In this document: in pieces, positions 10,630-18,711 of the stretch | Layout: each line of letters starts with the position of its first letter | Position numbering within the stretch: position 1 is the stretch's first letter | Assembly (NCBI GenBank): GCA_012839865.1 | Contig: DUMO01000055.1 | Location: 53,379 to 73,378 of the forward strand | DNA from: Clostridiaceae bacterium | GTDB lineage: Bacteria > Bacillota > Clostridia > CAYPLH01 > DUMO01 | Reading direction: 5' to 3' | Length of the DNA stretch: 20,000 nt | The notes under the pieces: generated by a model | Databases searched by the model: none | What the model was told of the DNA's origin: nothing | What the model saw: only the letters and a program-made list of their open reading frames with translations | Translations under genes and position numbers: made by a program

Positions 10630-10833
10630 TTACCTTTCAACTTCTATTGCACAGTCAGGGCATATGGTAGCACAAGCTGCACACCCGGTACATTTTTCCA
10701 TTTCAATAACCACAGCAGGATGATATCCCTTGCTGTTTATCCTGTCAGACACAATAATTATATTTCTTGGACAAACCTCTATACAAAGCTTGCAACCTTT
10801 GCATCTTTCCTTGTCAAATGTAACTTTAGCCAT
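10630..10833 (-). CDS. 2x[4Fe-4S] ferredoxin-like delta subunit
   Basis: CKGCKLCIEVCP and CTGCAACATICP. ATG 10833 fits the GAGGG SD better than 10839. Confidence 0.92.
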   Translation of the reverse strand: MAKVTFDKERCKGCKLCIEVCPRNIIIVSDRINSKGYHPAVVIEMEKCTGCAACATICPDCAIEVER

Positions 10834-10874
10834 AATCATCCCTCACAATTTTTTGCCCCATTTTTAATAAGTCA

Positions 10875-11068
10875 GCCGGCTTGCACCAATAATATAAAAA
10901 TTACACTTCCTGTACCGGCTTTTGGTGAATTCAATCCTCCAACCGCAGGAACCGTTCCCCCGGTTATCCTTATCCCTGATTACTCCTGATTCCTTTATGT
11001 TACAAACACGGACAAGTCAATATAGGTTTCCAAATTTATATTATTGCATACAAGCTTCATAAGCTGTA
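10875..11068 (-). ncRNA. Candidate structured 5' leader or ncRNA, family unassigned
   Basis: Long-range helix between 11055-11035 and 10898-10879 plus internal hairpins; no ORF with a usable start (see findings). Confidence 0.4.
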
Positions 11069-11074
11069 GTAACT

Positions 11075-11103
11075 ATTATAAAACTCTTTTTTTTAAGATG
11101 CAA
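11075..11103 (-). promoter_or_regulatory. sigmaA-type promoter for the oxidoreductase-ybhJ operon
   Basis: Minus strand TTGCAT-17 nt-TATAAT, beginning 2 nt past the stop codon of the P-loop ATPase gene. Confidence 0.75.
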
Positions 11104-11105
11104 GT

Positions 11106-11780
11106 TTACTCCCATGGAAGCTTTATCATTTTATCAAGCAAAAGTATTTTATCAAAGTCCTGCCTCATGATCTCTGCATCATCAGAATTTTTGGGCATAT
11201 AAGCTGTAAAACCTACCGGTATGCCAATGCTTTCAGAGACTTCCATAACCAGTTCGTTTCCTTTTATAATCTGATCAATTTTTGTTTCTCCCAGAAGATG
11301 GGTATTATTAACCAGCTTTGTTGCACGAAGCCGGGAAGCTTCTTCAATATCTGAAATCATTTTGATAATCTTTTCTTTTGTATCGGTAAAGGGCCTGTTG
11401 GTATTTACAACAACATACATATCGTATCCGTTTTCAACTATTTCACTTTTATACCTGCCAAGAGCTTTTGCTCCTATGTCATCTCCGCCTGTGTCAAATA
11501 CAACCCAAAGGCTTTTATCTTCAAACAGGGAGTTTATTTCAGCGGGCAATGCAGGTATGTCCACGTTGGTATTGGCATAACGGGGCACAATTACCCGAAC
11601 ACCGGCTTTTTCCATTTTCTTTTGAACAACTGCCGTTCGAAAATATGGATTTACGATATCCAGATCAACAATTGCGGTTTTTAAGCCTTCCTTAATCAAA
11701 TTTGCTGCAAAGTTCACTGAAATTTCGGTTTTTCCACTTCCAAAATGGCCTGTAAATATGTTAATTCTTTTATCAATCAT
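11106..11780 (-). CDS. Uncharacterised P-loop ATP-binding protein (MinD/CooC-like fold)
   Basis: Walker A GHFGSGKT, VDLDIVNPYFR, and a D-T-G-G motif (VFDTGGDD). Confidence 0.8.
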   Translation of the reverse strand: MIDKRINIFTGHFGSGKTEISVNFAANLIKEGLKTAIVDLDIVNPYFRTAVVQKKMEKAGVRVIVPRYANTNVDIPALPAEINSLFEDKSLWVVFDTGGDDIGAKALGRYKSEIVENGYDMYVVVNTNRPFTDTKEKIIKMISDIEEASRLRATKLVNNTHLLGETKIDQIIKGNELVMEVSESIGIPVGFTAYMPKNSDDAEIMRQDFDKILLLDKMIKLPWE

Positions 11781-11971
11781 AAAAACTCCAGCTTCAAATT
11801 AAATTTGTCCTCTACAAAACATTATATATTTGCCCTGTGTAAAGCAGCCAATAAATTACGTTGGTATTTAATAAATTTATGCCTTTTTGCCTTCAGCCAA
11901 AATTAATAAAGAATTTTAGTCGCAAAATACACACAAATTAATATTGAACTCTAATTTAGGAGGTAATAATC

Positions 11972-12136
11972 TTGAAAATACGAGAAGGATTGATTCCTAC
12001 TGTGTTAGGCACTGCAGTAACTATAACAGGCCTGGCTTTAAGGCGGGCAAAACCTAATATTTCGTGGGGCGTTGCCGGCTTCGGGCTTGCCCATATAGTA
12101 CTGGGAACTATAGACCTTATTGAGCACCGTTCCTGA
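11972..12136 (+). CDS. 54-aa small membrane protein (missed by the ORF track)
   Basis: Perfect SD AGGAGGT (11958-11964), 7 nt spacing, TTG start; MKIREGLIPTVLGTAVTITGLALRRAKPNISWGVAGFGLAHIVLGTIDLIEHRS; two hydrophobic segments; followed by a strong hairpin. Confidence 0.85.
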   Translation: MKIREGLIPTVLGTAVTITGLALRRAKPNISWGVAGFGLAHIVLGTIDLIEHRS

Positions 12137-12150
12137 TAAGAGTTCATAAG

Positions 12151-12179
12151 CAGGATGTGGGAAATATCCTCACATCCTG
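12151..12179. terminator. Probable bidirectional intrinsic terminator
   Basis: CAGGATGTG/CACATCCTG (9 bp) extended by GGA/TCC, between the convergent small gene and the ACT gene. Confidence 0.7.
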
Positions 12180-12271
12180 TTAATATAATATTCATCAATA
12201 CCGGTATATTTCATAAGCCAATTCGCTGTTAAAACAGGGAATCGGTTATTAAATCTTTAATAGTTCGTGCT

Positions 12272-12703
12272 TTATAAATTATACACCACTTCAGCAGGAA
12301 GCACCTTTATATCGTTCGCAGTCAAAACTTCTACCGCTTTATCAGGATTTTCAACTTTTAAAATTACCAGGGCTTCATTAGTAGCTTTCCCGACAAAGGC
12401 ATACATGTATTCTATACTGATATTCGCAGATTCCAGAACACCCAGCGCAACTGCCAGACCTCCTGGTTCATCCGCCACAGCAATTGCCACAACATTTGTG
12501 CAGCTTACTGCGAATCCTTTTTCCTTTAAAATTTGTTCAGCTTCATAAGGCTTGTTTACAATCAACCTCAATATTCCAAAATTAGTCGTGTCAGCTATGG
12601 ATAAAGCACCTATATCAATTCCATTGGAGCCAAGAACCTTTGTTACTTCTGCAAGCCTGCCTGATTTGTTCTCAAGAAAAATGGAAATCTGATTTACCAA
12701 CAT
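12272..12703 (-). CDS. Tandem ACT-domain protein
   Basis: [17 protein letters not shown] and DEPGGLA ACT signatures, 143 aa; this type commonly sits next to phenylacetate-CoA ligase. Confidence 0.9.
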   Translation of the reverse strand: MLVNQISIFLENKSGRLAEVTKVLGSNGIDIGALSIADTTNFGILRLIVNKPYEAEQILKEKGFAVSCTNVVAIAVADEPGGLAVALGVLESANISIEYMYAFVGKATNEALVILKVENPDKAVEVLTANDIKVLPAEVVYNL

Positions 12704-12750
12704 AAAAATACCTCCCTGTTATTTTTCCGGCAAGATATGATTATTTCCTG

Positions 12751-12812
12751 AAAAAGCAAGCCGGGCTTACCTTCATTTTGATGTTAAGGAGAACTGCACC
12801 GGATTGCTTTTT
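12751..12812. other. Intercistronic long stem-loop between paaK and the ACT gene
   Basis: AAAAAGCAA/TTGCTTTTT (9 bp), CCGG/CCGG, CCTT/AAGG and CAT/ATG nested pairings. Confidence 0.6.
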
Positions 12813-12820
12813 AAGTCTGA

Positions 12821-14122
12821 TCATATTTTTCTCTTATCAACTATCCGAACGGCTTTTCCCTGGCTCCTCTCTATTGATTTTGGCTCTACAAGCTTGACCG
12901 TTGCTCTGATTCCCAGGGTCATCTCAATTTGTCTGCTTATTTTCTTCTCCAGTTGCTCGATATGCCTCACTTCATCAGAAAACATTGACTGGTTCATTTC
13001 CACCCACACTTCAAGTATATCAAGATTATTAACCCTGTCAACCACAAGCAGATAATGAGGCGAAGTATCTCCCATTTCAAGCAATACACTTTCAATCTGG
13101 GTCGGAAATACATTTACACCTCTGATGATAAGCATATCGTCGGTTCTTCCGGTAACCTTGTTCATCCTGACACTGGTTCTGCCGCACTCACATTTCTCAT
13201 AATTAAGACTGGATAAATCCCGTGTCCTGTATCTTATCAAAGGAAGTCCTTCTTTAGTAATGGTTGTAAACACAAGCTCTCCGACAGAACCTGGAGGAAG
13301 CACTTCTTCGGTCTCGGGGTCGATTATTTCCGGTATGAAATGATCTTCCGCAATATGAAGGCCGCATTTGCACTCGCATTCAATTGAAACCCCGGGTCCC
13401 ATGACCTCGCTCAGCCCATAGATATCAAGGGCAACAATGCCCAGTTTCTTTTCTATTTCGTCCCTCATTCTTGAGGACCAGGGCTCTGCTCCGAATATTC
13501 CAGCCTTTAAACTGAGTTCCTCTTTCTTTATGCCCAACTCCTCCATCTCCTCGGACATGTAGAGGGCATAGGACGGAGTACAGGCAAGGTGGGTGGAACC
13601 GAAATCCTTCATTATCTGAAGCTGCCTTTTTGTATTACCTCCGGAAACAGGGATTACAGAGCATCCAATCCTTTCAGCCCCGTAATGTACGCCAAGTCCT
13701 CCTGTAAACAACCCGTAACCATATGCAACATGAACAAAAGCATTTTTATCCGCTTTTGCACATACAAGGGCTCTGGCCATTATTTCCGACCATGTATCAA
13801 TATCCTTGCGTGTGTATCCAACCACAGTCTGCTTCCCTGTAGTGCCGGAAGAAGCATGTATTCTTACAATTTCGCTTAAAGGCACGGCAAACATACCGTA
13901 TGGGTATGTATCTCTCAAATCCTGTTTGTAAGTAAAGGGGAGCTTTTTAAGATCTTCCAGGGAGTTTATATCTCCCGGTTCAAGGCCCATTTTCTGCATT
14001 TTATCCCTGTAGTGGGGAACATTATGATAAACTCTTTTTACGGTCCTTATGAGCCTGTCAGTCTGCAACCTGGTCATTTCTTCCCTGCTCATGCATTCAA
14101 AAGTAGGGTTCCAATATTTCAT
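12821..14122 (-). CDS. paaK: Phenylacetate-CoA ligase (aryl-acetate CoA ligase family)
   Basis: [36 protein letters not shown] and [16 protein letters not shown]. Confidence 0.92.
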   Translation of the reverse strand: MKYWNPTFECMSREEMTRLQTDRLIRTVKRVYHNVPHYRDKMQKMGLEPGDINSLEDLKKLPFTYKQDLRDTYPYGMFAVPLSEIVRIHASSGTTGKQTVVGYTRKDIDTWSEIMARALVCAKADKNAFVHVAYGYGLFTGGLGVHYGAERIGCSVIPVSGGNTKRQLQIMKDFGSTHLACTPSYALYMSEEMEELGIKKEELSLKAGIFGAEPWSSRMRDEIEKKLGIVALDIYGLSEVMGPGVSIECECKCGLHIAEDHFIPEIIDPETEEVLPPGSVGELVFTTITKEGLPLIRYRTRDLSSLNYEKCECGRTSVRMNKVTGRTDDMLIIRGVNVFPTQIESVLLEMGDTSPHYLLVVDRVNNLDILEVWVEMNQSMFSDEVRHIEQLEKKISRQIEMTLGIRATVKLVEPKSIERSQGKAVRIVDKRKI

Positions 14123-14197
14123 TTTTTTAACCTCCTGTCTATTTCAAAGGGCGTATTCACAATTTTGAACTAAATCATGTGCCAACGCATACTGCTT

Positions 14198-14773
14198 TCA
14201 TAAATCATACCCGGCTTCAAAGGCTTTCAAATTGGTTTCAATAAATTTCTCTTTTATATTCTCTTTCAGGGAATCAATCCATATTTTTTTGTCTATACCG
14301 GAGTGCTTTGCCAAAACTCCCAGCAGCACAGTGTTTACAGCCTTTATATTACCACAACTTTTAGCTATGCAAAGTGCATCAACAGGTATTATTTGCAAGT
14401 CCAACTCATTAAGCCTGTCAATTATATCTTCAGGATATTTTTGTTTACCCATAATAACAGGCATCGGATCGATTCTCTGGCAATTTACTATAATTTTTCC
14501 GCCTTTTTTAAGATATTTGATCCACCTGTAGGCTTCCAAAAGCTCAAAGGCAAGAATAACATCAGTCTCCCCGGCTTCAATAAGAGGTGAATTTACAGTT
14601 TCTCCAAATTTCACATATGTTACAACACTTCCACCTCTTTGTGACATTCCATGAACTTCAGACACTTTTACATCCTGTTTCAGATTAATTGCAACGGTAC
14701 CAAGAATCCTGCTGGTTAACAGCGTTCCCTGTCCTCCGACTCCAACTATCAGTATGTTATACCCTTTACTCAT
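14198..14773 (-). CDS. iorB: Indolepyruvate:ferredoxin oxidoreductase beta subunit
   Basis: GVGGQG and SEVHGMSQRGGSV. True start ATG 14773 (MSKGY) overlaps the iorA stop (ATGAGTAA). Confidence 0.92.
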   Translation of the reverse strand: MSKGYNILIVGVGGQGTLLTSRILGTVAINLKQDVKVSEVHGMSQRGGSVVTYVKFGETVNSPLIEAGETDVILAFELLEAYRWIKYLKKGGKIIVNCQRIDPMPVIMGKQKYPEDIIDRLNELDLQIIPVDALCIAKSCGNIKAVNTVLLGVLAKHSGIDKKIWIDSLKENIKEKFIETNLKAFEAGYDL

Positions 14774-16505
14774 TCTGTTCACCTGCCTTTGAAAATGCAT
14801 TAAACTTGCAAATCCTTGTGCACAACCCGCAACCTGCACACAATGCTTCGTCAACTTCTATCCGGTCACCTTTATCAACAATTGAAGGGCATCCTAAAGA
14901 CATGCACATTTTGCACATTTTGCATTTCTCCTGATTTATTTTCATTGCACCTTTATATTTAACACCCTTCAAAAGGGCACAGGGACGCCGGGCAATTATA
15001 AGGGAAGGCTCTTTTGCTTGTATCTCTTCTTTTATTGCTTTTTCGGCTTCCTTTACATCAAAAGGATCTATTGTTCTTACTCTTTTAATTCCTATTGCTT
15101 CCGCCAGCTTAACAAGATCCACCTGGATTGTGGTTTCTCCCTTGATGGTATAGCCTGTAGCCGGATTGGCCTGGTGTCCTGTCATTGCTGTTATGGAGTT
15201 GTCAAGAATTATAACAGTGGAGTTGCCTTTATTGTATACAATATCAATCAATCCTGTAATTCCTGAATGTATAAAGGTGGAATCCCCTATAACAGCAACA
15301 CATTTTTCAGAAAATTCATGCCCCCTGGCTTTCTCCATACCGTGGGCCATTCCAATGCTTGCACCCATGCAAACACATGCATCCATGGCGCTGACGGGTG
15401 GAAGTGCTCCAAGGGTATAACATCCTATATCCCCTGTTACTACAAGCTTGAGCCTTGCAAGGACATAAAATATACCTCTGTGGGGACAGCCGGGACACAT
15501 AACCGGAGGTCTTGCAGGAATATCCGCCGTTTCTTCCTTCTCAGTTTTCTGACCGAGTAATTTTTCTTTTATAAGCTGTGCACTATATTCACCTGTTACT
15601 GGAAGCAGGTCTTTCCCGTTAATTTCAATTCCAAGCTTTCTCACATGGTTCTCTATAAACGGTTCCAGTTCCTCTATAACATATAACTTCTTTACCTTCT
15701 TTGCAAACTCCCGGATTAATTCATCCGGCATCGGGTAAATCATCCCGAGTTTCAGGAATGAAGCATTCTCAAAGACTTCTTTTGCGTATTGATATGAAAT
15801 GCCTGCTGTAATTATGCCAATATCCGTGTTGCCCCATTCTATTTGGTTTAAAGTAGATTGGTTGGAAAAGTCCTTAAGGTCCTTCAACCTTTTTACAACC
15901 ACTTCATGTCTTTTCCTTGCCATTCCGGGCATCATGACATATTTATTAATATCCTTTTTATACTCTTTAAGGCCGCATTCATTTCTTTCCTCAAGTTCCA
16001 CGATACTTCTTGAATGCGCAATTCTTGTAGTAAGACGCAAAATTACAGGGCAATCGAATTTTTCACTTATTTCAAAAGCCTGCTTTACGAAGTCCTTGCA
16101 TTCCTGACTATCTGCAGGCTCCAACATGGGAACTTTGGATGACAATGCATAGTACCTGCTGTCCTGCTCGTTTTGAGAGCTATGCATTCCCGGGTCGTCA
16201 GCCACCACTATTACAAGCCCGCCGTTTACTCCTGTATATGATACGGTAAATAAAGGGTCTGCAGCAACATTGAGGCCCACATGCTTCATCGAGCATATTG
16301 CCCTTGCTCCCTGGAAGGATGCACCTATTGCCACCTCAAGAGCCACCTTTTCATTAGGTGACCATTCTGAATATATTTCATCATACGTTGCAATATTCTC
16401 AGTGATTTCAGTACTTGGAGTACCGGGATATGCAGTTGCCACCTTGACTCCTGCTTCGAAGGCACCTCTTGCAACCGCTTCATTTCCAAGTAAAAGTTTC
16501 TTCAT
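14766..16505 (-). CDS. iorA: Indolepyruvate:ferredoxin oxidoreductase alpha subunit
   Basis: LLGNEAVARG, YPGTPSTE, SSQNEQD, RPPVMCPGCPHR, GDIGCY, GDSTF, and a C-terminal 2x[4Fe-4S] domain. Confidence 0.95.
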   Translation of the reverse strand: MKKLLLGNEAVARGAFEAGVKVATAYPGTPSTEITENIATYDEIYSEWSPNEKVALEVAIGASFQGARAICSMKHVGLNVAADPLFTVSYTGVNGGLVIVVADDPGMHSSQNEQDSRYYALSSKVPMLEPADSQECKDFVKQAFEISEKFDCPVILRLTTRIAHSRSIVELEERNECGLKEYKKDINKYVMMPGMARKRHEVVVKRLKDLKDFSNQSTLNQIEWGNTDIGIITAGISYQYAKEVFENASFLKLGMIYPMPDELIREFAKKVKKLYVIEELEPFIENHVRKLGIEINGKDLLPVTGEYSAQLIKEKLLGQKTEKEETADIPARPPVMCPGCPHRGIFYVLARLKLVVTGDIGCYTLGALPPVSAMDACVCMGASIGMAHGMEKARGHEFSEKCVAVIGDSTFIHSGITGLIDIVYNKGNSTVIILDNSITAMTGHQANPATGYTIKGETTIQVDLVKLAEAIGIKRVRTIDPFDVKEAEKAIKEEIQAKEPSLIIARRPCALLKGVKYKGAMKINQEKCKMCKMCMSLGCPSIVDKGDRIEVDEALCAGCGLCTRICKFNAFSKAGEQNE

Positions 16506-16634
16506 TTATATCCCCCATCTGTTTTCTTTCTAATCCGGAATTTCTTCCCTTTATCACTTTAGCAAAGAAAATTGTTATAGTATTTAAATATACATTTTAC
16601 ATTATTTCATTTAAAAAATAAAGAAAAAGTTAAT

Positions 16635-18260
16635 TTATCTTAAAACATTGATTATAAAACTGTCCAGTTTCGCAAGTTTAAGCCTCAAGGCTTCAACTTC
16701 ACTGTCATTCAGCCCTTTCATGAGGTTGGATTTGAGGATGCCTGACAGTTCATCAAAGTCCTCCCTCAGGCTTTCAAGCATGCTGATTACTTCAAGACGC
16801 TTATACTTGTTAATGGCAGTGTAATCTTCAATATCCTCAGCCACTCTTCCGCCTTTAATTACAAATGTTTCGTTTCTGCCGGGAATAACTGTTTCTATTC
16901 TGAAATTCTCTTCTATCAATCTGGCAAGTTCCTTTGAGGAGTCTTCCTCACCGTGTACTATAAAAATTTTCCCTGGTTTGTATTTGAAACTGCCGATCCA
17001 ATCTATCAATCCCTTTTGGTCTGCATGGCCTGAGAAACCGTCAATCATTTCAATCCGGGCATTTACGGTTATCTCTTCACCAAAAATTTTGACTTTCTTT
17101 GCACCGTCAGAAATTTTTCTGCCTAAAGTGCCTTGAGCCTGATAACCTACAAATATAACCGCAGAATCTCTTCTCCAAAGGTTATGCTTCAGATGATGCT
17201 TTATTCTGCCTGCTTCACACATGCCACTGGCTGAAATTATTATTGCACTTTCATTAAGGTTGTTCAGAGCTTTTGACTCCTCAGCTGTCCTGGTGAAATA
17301 CAGCCTGTGAAAATCAAGGGGATTGTCTCCATTTTCAATGTACTCTCTGGCTTCCTCATCATAGCAGTCAAGATTGTTCCTGAAAACTTCAGTTGCAGAA
17401 ATGGCAAGGGGGCTGTCTATGAATACCGGGATATTATAAATTGCGCTCAGGCGGTTTTCATATTTTTCCTTATGCTTGTTGAGTTCATAAATAATTTCCT
17501 GTGTACGCCCAACGGCAAAGGAAGGAATTATAATATTTCCGCCTTTTTTAATGGTATCGTTTATAATATCTATAAATCGTTCAAATTTATTGTCATTATC
17601 CTGATGAAGTTTGTTGCCGTACGTAGATTCGATAATTAAAAAGTCAGCTTCCTCAATAATGTCTGGGTCCCGTAAAATTGGAATACCCTTGTTCCCCAGG
17701 TCTCCTGAGAAAACTATTTTATTTTCCTTTCCGTTTTCCCTGACCCAAAGCTCAAGTATTGAAGAACCTAAAATATGTCCTGCATCCCTGAACCTGAATT
17801 TTATATTTGGTGTAAGGCTAACAATTTCGTCGTACTTCACCTTTTGAAAAAGTTTCATGCATTCCACTGCATCATTCATTGTATATAACGGTTTAACGGG
17901 CTCATCCCCGGCACGCAGGCGTTTTCTGTTTTTCCATTCTGCTTCGGATTCCTGGATATAACCGCTATCCGGCAGCATTATTGCGCAAAGCTCCGTTGTA
18001 GCTTTTGTCGCGATTACTTTTCCCCTGAAACCGTCCACAAATAATTTTGGTATCTTTCCGCTGTGGTCAATATGAGCATGAGTCAATATTACATATTCCA
18101 AATCGGCAGGATTGAAGGGAAACGCTTCATTGTTCAGTTCCTCCTCAACGGATTGTCCCTGAAAAAGTCCGCAATCCACCAGAAATCTGCTGTCTCCAGT
18201 TTCAACATAAAAGCAGGACCCTGTCACTGTTTTTGTTGCACCAAGAAACGATATCTTCAT
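16635..18260 (-). CDS. MBL-fold beta-CASP ribonuclease (CPSF73/YSH1-like)
   Basis: THAHIDHSG (HxHxDH), GHILG, SGDLG, ESTYG, SASGMCEAGRI, GYQAQGTLGR and FSGHADQ. Confidence 0.9.
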   Translation of the reverse strand: MKISFLGATKTVTGSCFYVETGDSRFLVDCGLFQGQSVEEELNNEAFPFNPADLEYVILTHAHIDHSGKIPKLFVDGFRGKVIATKATTELCAIMLPDSGYIQESEAEWKNRKRLRAGDEPVKPLYTMNDAVECMKLFQKVKYDEIVSLTPNIKFRFRDAGHILGSSILELWVRENGKENKIVFSGDLGNKGIPILRDPDIIEEADFLIIESTYGNKLHQDNDNKFERFIDIINDTIKKGGNIIIPSFAVGRTQEIIYELNKHKEKYENRLSAIYNIPVFIDSPLAISATEVFRNNLDCYDEEAREYIENGDNPLDFHRLYFTRTAEESKALNNLNESAIIISASGMCEAGRIKHHLKHNLWRRDSAVIFVGYQAQGTLGRKISDGAKKVKIFGEEITVNARIEMIDGFSGHADQKGLIDWIGSFKYKPGKIFIVHGEEDSSKELARLIEENFRIETVIPGRNETFVIKGGRVAEDIEDYTAINKYKRLEVISMLESLREDFDELSGILKSNLMKGLNDSEVEALRLKLAKLDSFIINVLR

Positions 18261-18336
18261 CAGTTACACCTCACAAAAAAATAAAATATTTTATATTCAA
18301 TACTCCCATCGAGTTTTATGGTATTCATTTGCAATG

Positions 18337-18591
18337 TCACTTTTTGTATTTAAAAAACTAACAATGCTCATTCCTGATGTTAACTTTACTATATCATATC
18401 ACAACGCTTCCTGAAGCTGCAAGGAAGCCAGGGGGACCAGGGGGAAGGTTCTTCTGATCCCCTTTAAAAGGGACAAAATTGATAAAATTCAGCATCAAGC
18501 TGAAAATCAGGAAAGCGAGAATTACTATCTTTGATATACCGGTGGTTACCTCTGCACCTGAATTATCAGGTATTACATTCACTTTTTGTAT
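18337..18591. repeat. Exact 13-bp direct repeat flanking a hairpin-rich segment
   Basis: TCACTTTTTGTAT at 18337-18349 and at 18579-18591. Confidence 0.75.
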
Positions 18592-18711
18592 CAAGGCATA
18601 ATTCCAGCTTGAAAAAGTAATATACTTATTCAACAATAATGCTGCTATTTATTTTTTATCATGACTTCATTTCTGTTAGCAGTTTAAATACTTTAAACTT
18701 TTTGAAATCAA

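Noticed and set aside
11956..12198. 80-aa minus-strand ORF from the track
   Set aside because: It is antisense to the 54-aa plus-strand gene, which has a perfect SD and a terminator; it also runs through the terminator hairpin.
14170..14190. TTGGCACA sigma54 -24-like element upstream of paaK
   Set aside because: The -12 position reads AG rather than the required GC.
14774..14854. N-terminal extension of iorB in the ORF track (similarly 872-886 and 3647-3685)
   Set aside because: The iorB extension overlaps the iorA coding frame and the others lack SDs; the downstream starts fit SD position and family N-termini.
18405..18517. Resemblance to a c-di-AMP (ydaO) riboswitch (CGCTT...GGGGGACC...AAGCG)
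   Set aside because: It lacks the GAAU, CCCGAA and GUCAGCUAAC/CCYCG elements, and no gene lies downstream on the plus strand.
18538..18556. GGTGGTTACC resembling a T-box antiterminator
   Set aside because: It has an extra base relative to GGTGGNACC, no stem I motifs, no following terminator, and the wrong orientation relative to the genes.
18394..18636. 80-aa minus-strand ORF with a hydrophobic stretch and PPGPPG
   Set aside because: TTG start without an SD; the Pro/Gly run simply reflects the CCCCCTGG repeat. It is not fully excluded; Ribo-seq would decide.
18681..18704. AGTTTAAA-TAC-TTTAAACT hairpin as the Gfo gene terminator
   Set aside because: The stem is nearly all A-T and its T-run is on the plus strand, so it is not supportable as a terminator for the minus-strand gene.
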